DNA of 64,000 nt from Bdellovibrionota bacterium (GCA_050952645.1 JBMNLI010000017.1:70164-134163), one strand, 5' to 3'. Shown: positions 29,042 to 39,580, numbered from the stretch's first letter. Notes: generated by a model from the letters alone, not told the origin. Numbers and translations: made by a program.

Positions 29042-29791
29042 TTGATTTCGATAAGAAATATAACAAAGAGTTTTGGAAAGCAGTTAGTTTTAAATAATAT
29101 TTCGCTTGAGATAGAGCATGGAGAAATAGTCGCTATCGTAGGACCTAGTGGAGTTGGAAAGTCTGTGCTTTTAAAGTTGATTACTGGAATTTTAACTCCT
29201 GATAGTGGAGATATTATTATTTACGGAGAAAATATTACTAAGGCTAAAACTGAATTTAAGAAGAATCAAATAAGGAGTAATTTAGGAGTGCTTTTTCAAT
29301 CTGCCGCTTTATTTGATTCGCTAAATATTTACGATAATGTTGCTTTTCCACTTAATGCGAGAACTAATCTTAACGAAAAGCAAATCCATAAGCGAGTACT
29401 TAGAATGTTAAGAAATTTAGATATCGAAAAGTATGCATTAAAAACCCCTGGGAAAGTTCCTATGGGGATTAGAAAAAGGGCTGGAATGGCTAGGGCTTTA
29501 ATAACGGAGCCTAAGCTTATTTTATTTGATGAACCTAACACGGGGCTAGACCCGCTAGTTGGGCAAGAAGTTTACAATCTTATAAAAGAGTGTCATCAAA
29601 AGTGGAATTTTACTGGAATAGTAATTAGCCATGAAATTCCAGAGGTTTTTCAAGTATCAAATAGAGTTGCCATGTTATTAAATGGCGAAATTTTAGAAGA
29701 TGGAACGCCTGATGAGTTGCTACATTCTGAAAATGAAGCAGTTAGGCAATTTTTAAATGGGAATACACATGGACCAATCAAAATCAACTAA
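29042..29791 (+). CDS. mlaF: Mla ABC transporter ATP-binding protein (TTG start)
   Basis: Walker A (GPSGVGKS), the ABC signature and Walker B (ILFDEP) are present. Confidence 0.85.
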   Translation: MISIRNITKSFGKQLVLNNISLEIEHGEIVAIVGPSGVGKSVLLKLITGILTPDSGDIIIYGENITKAKTEFKKNQIRSNLGVLFQSAALFDSLNIYDNVAFPLNARTNLNEKQIHKRVLRMLRNLDIEKYALKTPGKVPMGIRKRAGMARALITEPKLILFDEPNTGLDPLVGQEVYNLIKECHQKWNFTGIVISHEIPEVFQVSNRVAMLLNGEILEDGTPDELLHSENEAVRQFLNGNTHGPIKIN

Positions 29792-30317
29792 ACAAAAAGA
29801 AAATAAAATTCCTAGACGAACTTTTACAACTGAAGTTTGGGTGGGGTTTTTCGTGCTAATTTCATTAATAGGCGCTGGCTACTTATCACTAGGGCTTGGT
29901 GGCATGGAGTTAGCCTCTAGCAAGTATTACAAAGTATATGCAGAGTTTGATAATATTTCAGGACTTAACCAAGGAGCTTCAGTCGAGATTGCTGGAGTTC
30001 CTATCGGGAGTGTTGAAAATATATCTTTAGATGATGCTATCGCAATAGTCGAGTTAAAAATAGATAAAGATATAAAAATTAGAGAAGATGATATTGCAAC
30101 TATTAGAACTAAGGGAATTATAGGCGATAGGTTTGTAAAAATTTCTAGGGGAGCTAGCGATGATTACGTAAAACCGGGGGATACTATATTTAACACCGAG
30201 TCTATAGTCGACTTTGAAGATTTAATAGGAAAAATCATCCACTCTGTAACTAGTGGTGATGATGATAAGGGTAGTGATAAAGATAATAGTAAAGGGAGTA
30301 ATAAAGATAAAAAATAA
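29757..30317 (+). CDS. mlaD: Mla MCE-domain periplasmic substrate-binding protein
   Basis: An N-terminal transmembrane segment precedes the MCE-domain motifs (GAGYLSLGLG..ASVEIAGVPIGSV) and a KD-rich tail. Confidence 0.8.
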   Translation: MGIHMDQSKSTKQKENKIPRRTFTTEVWVGFFVLISLIGAGYLSLGLGGMELASSKYYKVYAEFDNISGLNQGASVEIAGVPIGSVENISLDDAIAIVELKIDKDIKIREDDIATIRTKGIIGDRFVKISRGASDDYVKPGDTIFNTESIVDFEDLIGKIIHSVTSGDDDKGSDKDNSKGSNKDKK

Positions 30318-30357
30318 TAAAAAAAACAATTTAAATAATTTATTGGAGATAAAGATA

Positions 30358-30990
30358 ATGCAAATGGTAAAAAAAATAGAAACAAAAAATACTATACAAA
30401 ATATAATAAAAATTTTTTTAGTTTTAATATTATTTTCTTTAATGCCGTCTATAGCTTTTTCACAAAACTCGCCTTTAGAGGTTGTAAAGATAACCGTTGA
30501 TAAAATTATAGTAGCGGTAGAAACTTATCCTTCAAAAGAAGAGACTGATATAAGGCGAAAAACGATAAGAAAGATAATAGAGCCAGCTTTTAACTTTGAA
30601 GCGATGGCAAAACTTTCCCTTGGGCATAATTGGAAAGATACTAATGAAACGGAGCAAAAAGAGTACGTCGCTTTATTTTCAGATCTTTTAGCTACTACTT
30701 ATTTAAAGAAGATAGATCTAATAAAAAAAGATACCGTTATCTTTAAAGGGCATCGAGAAAGGCAAGACCAAGCTTTAGTTAAAACTGATATAAATTACAA
30801 TAACGACCAATTTCCCATAGTTTACAAGATGAGAAAAGAACTAGACGGCAAATGGAGAGTTCACGACATATCGATTGAAAATATTAGTTTAGTATCTAAT
30901 TATAGGAGTGAGTTTGCAGGAATAGTTAGAAAAGATGGCATAGCTGGTTTAATCGAGCAATTAAAAAATAAAGTTAAAAAGGAAGAATAA
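30358..30990 (+). CDS. mlaC: MlaC/Ttg2D-like periplasmic lipid-binding protein; the start is trimmed to the ATG preceded by ggagat
   Basis: A signal peptide (FLVLILFSLMPSIAFSQ) and Tol-tolerance-family motifs (LAxxxLGxxWKDxxExEQKEYVALFSDLL) are present. Confidence 0.75.
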   Translation: MQMVKKIETKNTIQNIIKIFLVLILFSLMPSIAFSQNSPLEVVKITVDKIIVAVETYPSKEETDIRRKTIRKIIEPAFNFEAMAKLSLGHNWKDTNETEQKEYVALFSDLLATTYLKKIDLIKKDTVIFKGHRERQDQALVKTDINYNNDQFPIVYKMRKELDGKWRVHDISIENISLVSNYRSEFAGIVRKDGIAGLIEQLKNKVKKEE

Positions 30991-31045
30991 GTAAAAATAA
31001 GTAAAAATAAGATAATTTAAAATATTAAAATAGAGAAAAGCAATT

Positions 31046-31882
31046 ATGGATATTACTCAAGTTATTTTTATAATTTTATTCGGTTTAATTATAGGAAGCT
31101 TTTTATCTGTATGTATTTTTAGGCTTCCCATAGGTAGGTTTGATGCGTTAGATGATGATGGGGAAGCCGTGCCAAGCGATAAAGAAAAGATGTCTATATT
31201 TTATCCTACTAGGTCTTTTTGTCCTAGTTGCAAAAATAATTTAAGGTGGTATCACAACATCCCTGTTTTAAGTTGGTTAGTATTAAGGGGTAAGTGTTCA
31301 TTTTGCAAAACTAAAATTTCTTTTCGTTATCCGTTAGTAGAAATTATTAGTGCTATTTTTGCATTTTTATCTTTTTATTTTTATGGTGCTACCTTAGAGG
31401 GGTTTATTATATATGCGTTTTGTGCCGTGCTTATCGTGTTATCGTTTATCGATATAGATTATTTTATTTTACCGAATATTATTACTTATCCTGTAAGTAT
31501 TATAGGTATAATTTTAGTATCGTTTAATCATTTTTTTCATTTTTTAAATTTTCCTTTTTGTGGTAGTTTTAAATGTCTCTTTCTTGGGCTTTTAGGAGCA
31601 TTATTTTTATATTTAATCGGGGCACTTCATGGTTTTATAAGAAAAAAAGAGGGTTTAGGCTTTGGAGATATTAAGCTACTTATAATGATTGGAGTATTTT
31701 TTGGTCTTCCTTCGTCTTTTTATACTATATTTTTAGGCTCTATATTAGCTATTATCGGCACTATAATTATCGCAATTTTTAAAAAAAACTCTCTTTCTGA
31801 ACCACTTCCTTTTGGCCCATATTTAAGTTTAGGCTGTGTTTTATATTTGTTTTATTTTAGTTTTAGCACAATAGCTTTTTAA
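31046..31882 (+). CDS. pilD: A24-family prepilin peptidase (PilD-like)
   Basis: An N-terminal Cys-rich zinc motif (CPSC..CSFC) precedes a polytopic membrane domain with the catalytic Asp context (GFGDIKLL). Confidence 0.8.
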   Translation: MDITQVIFIILFGLIIGSFLSVCIFRLPIGRFDALDDDGEAVPSDKEKMSIFYPTRSFCPSCKNNLRWYHNIPVLSWLVLRGKCSFCKTKISFRYPLVEIISAIFAFLSFYFYGATLEGFIIYAFCAVLIVLSFIDIDYFILPNIITYPVSIIGIILVSFNHFFHFLNFPFCGSFKCLFLGLLGALFLYLIGALHGFIRKKEGLGFGDIKLLIMIGVFFGLPSSFYTIFLGSILAIIGTIIIAIFKKNSLSEPLPFGPYLSLGCVLYLFYFSFSTIAF

Positions 31883-31911
31883 GAATTGAAAATTAAGAGA
31901 ATAGATGTTTT

Positions 31912-32364
31912 TTAAAAATGCGACCTCGAATCTCTTTTAAAAACTGCCTCTAATTCAAAGACTTCTCCAAGCTTGGGCTCTGAGCCTTCTAAATTAAACT
32001 CACGATTTCCCCGTGCTTTTTTAATTCTCGTATCAGTAGACTCGATTCTTTTATAAGCCCCTAGCATTCTATCATAAGCTCGCTCCATTATATTATGTTT
32101 AGAATGTAGCCTAACAAAATTCTTACCTTCAAATCCTTTAACATAAGGAGTAAGATTTAAAGCCTCCTTACTAAGCGATTCTTTAGTAAATATCACTTTA
32201 CTTGCGCTAATTATTCGAGGAGCGTTCCTAAAAGCGTTTAAAATGCTTTGCCTATAAATGCGAATACAACAATCCCCTTCCTCTTTAATACAGTAATGCT
32301 TACCCTGCATCTTTCTATCTCCTATAACTACGTAAAGTAGCAACAAGGTTTTTGTTTGAACCAA
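31912..32364 (-). CDS. hypothetical basic protein (a likely start at MQGKHYC gives about 132 aa)
   Basis: Open reading frame only. No recognised domain. Confidence 0.3.
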   Translation of the reverse strand: MVQTKTLLLLYVVIGDRKMQGKHYCIKEEGDCCIRIYRQSILNAFRNAPRIISASKVIFTKESLSKEALNLTPYVKGFEGKNFVRLHSKHNIMERAYDRMLGAYKRIESTDTRIKKARGNREFNLEGSEPKLGEVFELEAVFKRDSRSHF

Positions 32365-32537
32365 TATTTAGCGTTAAACTAAATATACAACGGTCGATTC
32401 GAGATAGACAAACAGCATTATAAAAACAAACACGCCTTAAGTCAAGCACGCTTTAAATTGCAGCCCCCCCGACCTTCCTTATAAATTACCAATTACACAT
32501 TACTCCCTAAATTTTATTGATATAACAATTTAAATTT

Positions 32538-32736
32538 AAACTTTCCCTTGTTTTACGCATAAAATTTAATTTAAACTTTATAACCTACTCAAAATAATTA
32601 AAAAAATTAAGAAACACTCACATAAATTATTAAAAATAGCAAACGTAAATACGTTCCCTTAAGAAACAACAAATACTAGCCTTAGGCTAAGTTTTAGCTC
32701 TTAAAAACATAGCATACGTATAACAAGAAAAAGTTT
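32538..32736. repeat. MITE-like element family B, copy 2
   Basis: The terminal inverted repeats are aaactttcccttgttttacgcata and atacgtataacaagaaaaagttt. The element aligns along its length with 4875-5080. Confidence 0.75.
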
Positions 32737-32828
32737 GTGTTTAAAAATAAGTAAAAAAAACGTTTATATAAATTGTTAAAACTATATACTTAAAATTTGA
32801 ATTTGATTTTTGAACTTTTTTTGAAATT

Positions 32829-33725
32829 TTAATAATTCTCTTTTTCTTTCTCTACCTGCATCTTTGTGTTAGCACAAAGCAAATCTAAGTCTTTCTTATA
32901 CGTGTTTTTATTAAAACCTAGCGCTCTAGCTAAAAGCGTTATTTCTTTTAAATCCACCTTATACCCCTCTGGGCTACCTATGGCTACCTTATGTGCTAAT
33001 AAGCTTGATAATCTAATAAGCACAGTTTTTTCAGACTGTATATCGGTAAAAGACATCACCTCATAAGGGTCTAAATAATGCAAAATTACATAACACGTTT
33101 CAAGAGGAAAATTCCATTTTTTAGCGACTAACGCCCCTACTAGTGCATGAGTAAAACCAAAAACTTTTTGCTCCGCCTCTAAATATGATAGCGACTTTTG
33201 CTTTATTAGATCTATAACTTTTAAATAACTTTCCTTAGTGCTTTCTAAATTTAAAAGCGCTAGTTGCCCTAAGGAGTGAAGCATTCCATAAAGAAAAACC
33301 TCATCTTCATAAGACTTTTTTAGTGCTTCAGCTATATTAGTCGCAAATGTAGCGGTAGCGATGCTATGCTCCCAAACTCGTTCTTGCACTATCGACATAT
33401 CTTCATACATTTTTCTAACCGATGCCGCATAAATAATTCCCTTTAAAGCTTTGTAGCCTATAAGCACGGTAGCATCTTTTATATTACCAATTTCTCTTTG
33501 CCTAGAAAATAATGCACTGTTTGCTATTTTTAAAATTCTTCCTACTAACGCCGTATCTTTAGATAAAATTTCACTTAACTGAACACTTGAAACATTTTCA
33601 TTATTTAATAACGTGATAGCCTTAAGAGCAACATCTGGCATTAAAGGAAGATCCTCTGTTAAAGCGACAACCTCTTTCCAATGGCATTCACTTAGTTGTT
33701 TATCAAAAACTTTAGCACTTTTCAT
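32829..33725 (-). CDS. HDOD-domain signalling protein
   Basis: The HDOD pattern (LPLMPDVALKAI.., HSIATA.., GMLHSLGQLAL) is present. Confidence 0.65.
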   Translation of the reverse strand: MKSAKVFDKQLSECHWKEVVALTEDLPLMPDVALKAITLLNNENVSSVQLSEILSKDTALVGRILKIANSALFSRQREIGNIKDATVLIGYKALKGIIYAASVRKMYEDMSIVQERVWEHSIATATFATNIAEALKKSYEDEVFLYGMLHSLGQLALLNLESTKESYLKVIDLIKQKSLSYLEAEQKVFGFTHALVGALVAKKWNFPLETCYVILHYLDPYEVMSFTDIQSEKTVLIRLSSLLAHKVAIGSPEGYKVDLKEITLLARALGFNKNTYKKDLDLLCANTKMQVEKEKENY

Positions 33726-33850
33726 ATAGTATTTGAGAAAAATTATATACTAAAAACAAAAACCTATATGGAATTATCGTAATAAGAATAAAAAAACTTT
33801 AAATTAAAGATTTGATAATTTAAACGTAAAAAATAAGACTCTTCACGTTT

Positions 33851-34230
33851 TCAAGATGGTTTAAGAGTAAATAGATTGCTTAAACTTTTTATACTACCTT
33901 CTGTCTCTCCTGCCTCTAACTTTTTAATCATCGATAAACTTAAATTGGTCTTTTTGCTAACTCTGCTTGCGTAAACTTTCTAAACTCTCTAAATACTTTT
34001 ATTTTATTTTCACCATCTAAAACAGCATTTACAACTTCAGATGGAAAAAGCTCTATTTTGCCTTTTAATATTTGAGACTCTATTTCTTTACATTCGGCAA
34101 TATCTTGCATATCTTCTAGCTTTTCTATTAGCCTTTCATAAATCTCTAAAGGAAGAAGTGCGAACTTCTCACCTTTGATTTTAAGAATTTGCACTTCATT
34201 TTTTATATTCAATCTTTTTTCTCTCCCCAT
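33851..34230 (-). pseudogene. XRE-family DNA-binding protein interrupted by a +1 frameshift in an A5 run; the C-terminal helix-turn-helix continues in another frame
   Basis: The ORF 33940-34230 ends with KFTQAELAKRPI followed by a stop. Inserting one A into gcaaaaagacc restores the frame, giving ...AELAKKTNLSLSMIKKLEAGETEGSIKSLSNLFTLKPS, a canonical HTH_XRE helix 2-3 pattern. The start codon abuts the stop of the upstream oxidoreductase gene. Confidence 0.45.
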
Positions 34231-35484
34231 TTACGCAATCTTAGGTAAAGCTATCGTATCGCCAGTGCTAAATTGGTAATCTTTAAAGATATGCTCAGCA
34301 GATAATAACTCAAGGGTATTGTCTATATTTCTTATACTCGTTTCCTTTAACCTATACGCATACTGTCCGCAAGTCCAGCAAGTGTTCCTATAAAAATGAT
34401 TACATATACACATTTTTTCTTTTATATGCTCTTTTATCGGTTTTATAATTTTCTCTGAAACATGTTTTTTATAAGCTTCTAAATACTGACAAGTTCCCTC
34501 TTTTGAAAGCATAAAGCCAAAAAGCTCACACTGCGGAATTAACTTTCCAGATATACAAGGACTGTTTCTTAACATTCTCATTAAATAGCCCGTAGGAGAT
34601 AAGGTATTTACTACTACATCTTCCTCTTTTGCTTCAAAATACTTTTGCTTTACCTCATATGGAAGTGCACACTCTTTAGAAACTACAAACCTAGTAGCAA
34701 CTTGCACTGCGCTAGCTCCAAGCCCTACGAAACGAACTGCATCGCCCCCAGTGAAAATGCCTCCAGCTGCAATAAGAGGGATATCTAAAGATTCACTTTC
34801 AAGCATCTCTTTTACTTCTTTTAAAATATCTGCTAAATCAAAATCTTTCCAATCCTCCTCAAAGCCTAAATGCCCCCCAGCAAGTGGGCCTTCTATAACT
34901 ATATAATCGGGAAGCCTATTTGCTCTCCTTGCACTTCTTAAAAAAACTTTTAACGCTCTAGCACTAGAAACTATTATCCCAAGTTTTACATCTCTAAATC
35001 TTTCATGATCTTCGATTAAGCCTAAACTAGACATATGAACACCAGCAGAAAGCGTAATGCCATCTACACCAGCATCTAAGGCACCTCTTAGCCTTGCTTT
35101 TAAGCTTCCGATAGGGTCGCCCATAGTAAGCTTTTCCATTATATTTACAAATATTCCTCCTTGCCCCTTTTTTCTTTCCATTACGCTAGAAATATACTGT
35201 TTTTGCGCTTTGTAAACCGTTTCTAAATCGAACTTTACTTTTGATTTATCTAGAGATTCTCTATTTGATTTAAAAAGATTAAACTTATCTCTTAAATAAG
35301 TCGTTTTCAATTCTTTATCACAGACCGCTAGAGCCATTGCATCGGAAATATGCCCAATACCTCCAAGTCTAGCTATTTCTAAGGCTAAATCTGCATTCGA
35401 TATATTAACTCCCATGCCACCTAAGACTATAGGCACGTAAGAATCTTTTTGTAAAACTAATCTGTAATTATCTAACTTATCCAT
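34231..35484 (-). CDS. NMO/FabK-family flavin oxidoreductase (nitronate monooxygenase-like) with a Cys-rich C-terminal tail
   Basis: The TIM-barrel FMN motifs VLGGMGV, IAAGGIFTG and GASAVQVATRF are present. The tail contains CICNHFYRNTCWTCGQ. Confidence 0.65.
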   Translation of the reverse strand: MDKLDNYRLVLQKDSYVPIVLGGMGVNISNADLALEIARLGGIGHISDAMALAVCDKELKTTYLRDKFNLFKSNRESLDKSKVKFDLETVYKAQKQYISSVMERKKGQGGIFVNIMEKLTMGDPIGSLKARLRGALDAGVDGITLSAGVHMSSLGLIEDHERFRDVKLGIIVSSARALKVFLRSARRANRLPDYIVIEGPLAGGHLGFEEDWKDFDLADILKEVKEMLESESLDIPLIAAGGIFTGGDAVRFVGLGASAVQVATRFVVSKECALPYEVKQKYFEAKEEDVVVNTLSPTGYLMRMLRNSPCISGKLIPQCELFGFMLSKEGTCQYLEAYKKHVSEKIIKPIKEHIKEKMCICNHFYRNTCWTCGQYAYRLKETSIRNIDNTLELLSAEHIFKDYQFSTGDTIALPKIA

Positions 35485-35610
35485 AGCGTCAAATTATAGC
35501 AAAAAATTTTTCTTTAATATAGATGTTTTCTACAATTTATATATATAAATTTATAAAAATTAGTCGCTAACCATTTAACAAAAAAGTAAATAAAGCATTT
35601 TAACTAAACA

Positions 35611-36405
35611 TTAAAGTGGGGACACAAACAGACCTAATGCGACTGGAATTTTATCATTCCCCGGAACATACCTAGCATTTATATTGCTAACTATATTTGG
35701 AATTTTATTACTAATATATATTTGTGCAGAACCTCCACCATCAAAATTAAGAGCGTCCTTGCAATTTATCTCATCGGATACTAAAATTTTTTTAAGATCA
35801 TCTAAACTAACTCCAGAAAAAGTATCCATCGTAGAAAAAATAATTAAGCGATTTTGAGTATCTACACACACTCCTGAACGCTTGCTATTTTGAAACGAAT
35901 TTTTCGTTTCTAATATCGCCCTATTAGCTACTAACCTAGGACCAGCTTGAACGGCCTCTAAAATAGAAGAGTAATCTACATTATTTCTCCCAGTTATTTT
36001 TATATTAGTCCTATTAGCTTGAAAAACACCAGTTAACGTATTTCCGCCACGATGCATCTTATTAAAAACCTTTCCCCTATTAACTACAAGCCCTAAAGCC
36101 TTTCCGTATTCATCGAAAAAATTTGCATTTATCGCAATTATAGCATTGCTTTTTAAAGCTAGCGACTTAACGTCCATGCTCTTTTTACCATACTCCTTAG
36201 CACGAATAACTTTCACTTGATAATTTTTTAAAGAAGTTCTAATAAACAATAGATTACTACCAAAAATAGGATTGCTCTTTACCGGTATCTCTTTCATTTC
36301 TAAATCGGGAGCTAAAAGAAACCAATCTTTAGCGTATAAATCATCAACGCTAAACAATAGTAAAAAACATAAACATATTTTTAACAAAATAAAATTTTTA
36401 TTCAT
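35611..36405 (-). CDS. secreted protein, possibly of the phosphodiester glycosidase (DUF2233) family
   Basis: A signal peptide is present. The NFDGGGSAQ motif and overall size fit DUF2233. This is a weak call. Confidence 0.35.
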   Translation of the reverse strand: MNKNFILLKICLCFLLLFSVDDLYAKDWFLLAPDLEMKEIPVKSNPIFGSNLLFIRTSLKNYQVKVIRAKEYGKKSMDVKSLALKSNAIIAINANFFDEYGKALGLVVNRGKVFNKMHRGGNTLTGVFQANRTNIKITGRNNVDYSSILEAVQAGPRLVANRAILETKNSFQNSKRSGVCVDTQNRLIIFSTMDTFSGVSLDDLKKILVSDEINCKDALNFDGGGSAQIYISNKIPNIVSNINARYVPGNDKIPVALGLFVSPL

Positions 36406-36558
36406 AATATTTTTTCACCACTTATTTTTTTTACTTTATTTTTACACGTTATTTTACGACTCTATTTTAACACTCTATTTTATCACCTTATTTCGCACTT
36501 TATTTTAACACTTTATTTTACCACTTTAAAAATCTTACCGCCTTAAAACGTGAAAAAA

Positions 36559-39138
36559 CTATATAATCTCAAAACAAGCTTTCCCTAAAATCAATTTTTT
36601 CTGCTTAGGCTCATTATCAAAATCTATACACAATTTTATTTTGTGTGGATTTTGAGTTTTTAAATTTCCTTGAATATCCCTAATAATCCCCTCTCCAAAA
36701 TTTTGATGCCTAACTCTTAAACCCACTTTAACCTCTGAGGCATCTAACTTTCTAAAATTTCCTATCGGCTCTCCTAAACTTGTAGCAGTTTGAACTAAAC
36801 CTAAAACATCCGTTAAAACATCTACCTTTTCTTTTTTATCTTTAAAAAATTTCTTTTTATATATAGGGGGAAGAAAATCAAGATTAGCTGCATCATTATA
36901 ATTTATATCCATATAGCGCTCTAAATTACTATTATCATAATTATTATTACCAAAATTATTACTATCTTCCCCATAATTATCAGACTTAGCTACGGGCTTT
37001 ATTTTATGCCCTACCTTCCCCTTAGACTTAAAGCTACTAAAACTACTATCGAACACAAATTCACCAAGAACTTCCTCATCTCCACTTTCTTCTATAAGTT
37101 GCTTAGGAATATCGCTTACAAATCTTGAAACTTTCCTTAAATAAGACGTTGAGCTACTTCCATACATAGTCCTTTTTTTAGCATACGTTAAATATAACTT
37201 TTCCATCGCCCTAGTCATACCTACATAACATAGCCTTCTTTCTTCTTCTAAATCTTCCACTTCATCTAGCGACCTTGCATGAGGCACTAAGCCCTCTTCT
37301 AGCCCCGTAAAAAACACTACTCGGAACTCTAAACCCTTTGCTATATGAACGGTCATTAAAGAAACTGCATTCTCTTCTTCGTCCTCAGTGTTCTTCGACT
37401 CGAACGTCTCGTCGCTTCCCGTAAGAGCCACCTTATCCATAAACAAACTTATAGCTTTCTCGTTATCACTCTCGCCCTTAGAAATAGTTTCAGCATAAGC
37501 TATAAGCTCTAAGATGTTTTCCTGCCTACTTTCAGCCGTTTGATCTTTAGAGTTTTTTAACATCGCCTTATAAGTCGATGCTTCGTATATTATTTCTAAA
37601 AGTCTATGAAGAGACACATCACGTGCCCTACTTTTTAGATAATCTATAAGATTAACGAAAACATTTAATCTAGGATTGTTTAACGCCCTAGCTTCCTTAA
37701 ATAGACTCGTTCCATGCTCCTTAGCGCTACCCATTAAATTAGCAACCGTTTGAGCTCCTATGCCACGAGTAGGCGTATTTACTACTCTTAAAAAGGCTTG
37801 GTCATCGCTATCATTTACTACTAGTCTTAAGTATGAAACCATATCTTTTATCTCTTTTCTATCCCAGAATTTTAGAGTTCCATAGATTTTATACTTAATT
37901 TTATTCATCACCAAAGCTTCCTCTAGTGCACGAGATTGAGCATTAGTTCTATAAAAACACGCTATGTCCTTATACTCACGTCCTCCCTCATCTACTAGCT
38001 TTCTTATCTCACTTGCAACGAAGCTCGCCTCCGAGTTTTCATCTAACGCAGAGTATAGCGTTATTAAATCCCCCTCTTTTCCGGCCGTCCAAAGTTTTTT
38101 GACTTTACGAATTTTATTTTTCGCTATAATACTATTTGAAGCAGATAATATATTCGATGTAGAACGATAATTTTGCTCTAATTTAATAACCTTAGTATTA
38201 TCGAAATCTCTTTCAAACATTAAAATATTAGTAGGTTTTGCGCCCCTAAAAGAATAGATAGACTGGTCATCATCGCCTACTACAAATATATTTTTTCTCT
38301 CTTTAGCTAATAGGTGCATTAGCTTATATTGCACCTCATTCGTATCTTGAAACTCATCGACTAAAATATAATGAAACTTATTTTGGTAATACTGCAAAAC
38401 TTCTTTATCATTTTGAAATAGCTTAAGAGTATTTAATAGTAAATCATCAAAATCCATCGCACTAAGAGCCATTAGCTCCTTTTGATACTCAGTGTAAACT
38501 CTTGAAACCGCCTTCTCTTGCAACAATATGCTAATAGAACAATATTTATTTGCGTCCACATTCGCTTCAAACTCTGTAGGCAAGATAAAATCATTTTTTG
38601 CTCTACTAATACACCCTCTTATATAATCTGGAGTATACTTTTTATCATCAATCTTTTGCTCTTTGCAAATCTTTTTAATTAAATTTTGAGTATCTTTCGT
38701 ATCGTAAATTGAAAAAGAATTAGAGTAGCCTAAACGCTCAGCATATCTTCTTAAAATCTTTGCTCCCATCGCATGAAACGTGCAAACCCAAAGCGAGTTA
38801 ACCTCGTTTCCTAATAAGTCGGATAGTCTAGAAACCATTTCAGCAGTCGCTTTATTCGTAAAAGTCACTGCTAGGATTTGCGATGGATAGACGCCTTTAT
38901 TTAATACTAGATTAGCAACTCTTCTAGTTAACACTCTAGTTTTTCCGCTTCCAGCACCAGCTAAAACTAATATTGGTCCGTCGGTATGTAAAACGGCCTC
39001 TCTTTGCTCATTATTTAAATCAGCTAAAATATCATTTTCTAAATTATTACTTTCATTATTGCGTTCTTCATCGAATAAAAAAAACTCTTCTTCGTTATTA
39101 AAAACTCTATTAGCCAAAACTCTCTTCCCCCCACACAT
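36559..39138 (-). CDS. pcrA: ATP-dependent DNA helicase PcrA/UvrD with a C-terminal Tudor-like domain
   Basis: Walker A (GAGSGKTRVLTRR), DExx (ILVDEFQDTN), and helicase motifs through VGMTRAMEKLYLTY are present. The C-terminal VGLRVRHQNFGEGII is also present. The stop codon abuts a solo family A inverted repeat (36537-36560). Confidence 0.85.
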   Translation of the reverse strand: MCGGKRVLANRVFNNEEEFFLFDEERNNESNNLENDILADLNNEQREAVLHTDGPILVLAGAGSGKTRVLTRRVANLVLNKGVYPSQILAVTFTNKATAEMVSRLSDLLGNEVNSLWVCTFHAMGAKILRRYAERLGYSNSFSIYDTKDTQNLIKKICKEQKIDDKKYTPDYIRGCISRAKNDFILPTEFEANVDANKYCSISILLQEKAVSRVYTEYQKELMALSAMDFDDLLLNTLKLFQNDKEVLQYYQNKFHYILVDEFQDTNEVQYKLMHLLAKERKNIFVVGDDDQSIYSFRGAKPTNILMFERDFDNTKVIKLEQNYRSTSNILSASNSIIAKNKIRKVKKLWTAGKEGDLITLYSALDENSEASFVASEIRKLVDEGGREYKDIACFYRTNAQSRALEEALVMNKIKYKIYGTLKFWDRKEIKDMVSYLRLVVNDSDDQAFLRVVNTPTRGIGAQTVANLMGSAKEHGTSLFKEARALNNPRLNVFVNLIDYLKSRARDVSLHRLLEIIYEASTYKAMLKNSKDQTAESRQENILELIAYAETISKGESDNEKAISLFMDKVALTGSDETFESKNTEDEEENAVSLMTVHIAKGLEFRVVFFTGLEEGLVPHARSLDEVEDLEEERRLCYVGMTRAMEKLYLTYAKKRTMYGSSSTSYLRKVSRFVSDIPKQLIEESGDEEVLGEFVFDSSFSSFKSKGKVGHKIKPVAKSDNYGEDSNNFGNNNYDNSNLERYMDINYNDAANLDFLPPIYKKKFFKDKKEKVDVLTDVLGLVQTATSLGEPIGNFRKLDASEVKVGLRVRHQNFGEGIIRDIQGNLKTQNPHKIKLCIDFDNEPKQKKLILGKACFEII

Positions 39139-39475
39139 ACAAAATAATAAATACTAAATAATAAATACTAAATATAAAATATAAAGAAAATCGACTTTAA
39201 GGAATTTACATAAAATAAAATACTTTATATATAGCTATAATTTTAAAATAAATCTTTATTTTTTTTAAACCTCTTTTAATAAACATCATAATAAACATCA
39301 TAATAAACATCAAAGAGCTATTAAACATCATAGAGCTAATTTAAAAAACCTTAAAGGTTAAAGATACCATAATTTTAAAAGCCTACCTACAAGTTCATTT
39401 TATATCCACCCTTTACATACATTATATTTAGCTTTTTATTTAGTGTCTTATTTTATATCTTATTTTTTTTATATC

Positions 39476-39580
39476 TTATTTTGTATCTATAACGCCTATT
39501 ATACCTAGCTCTTCTCCTATTAAAAGCAAAACGTAAACTAAAAGCATTATTATTAAAAGTATTTCAAGAACATCTAACAT
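39476..39580 (-). CDS. 34-aa hydrophobic small membrane peptide (not in the ORF track); coordinates include the stop codon
   Basis: On the minus strand aggagg lies 5 nt upstream of the ATG (read on the minus strand; cat at 39578-39580). The product is MLDVLEILLIIMLLVYVLLLIGEELGIIGVIDTK, with a stop at 39476-39478. Confidence 0.5.
   Translation of the reverse strand: MLDVLEILLIIMLLVYVLLLIGEELGIIGVIDTK

Noticed and set aside
28387-29541. Antisense ORFs within mlaE and mlaF (89 aa and 70 aa)
   Set aside because: Embedded antisense in conserved transporter genes. No support.
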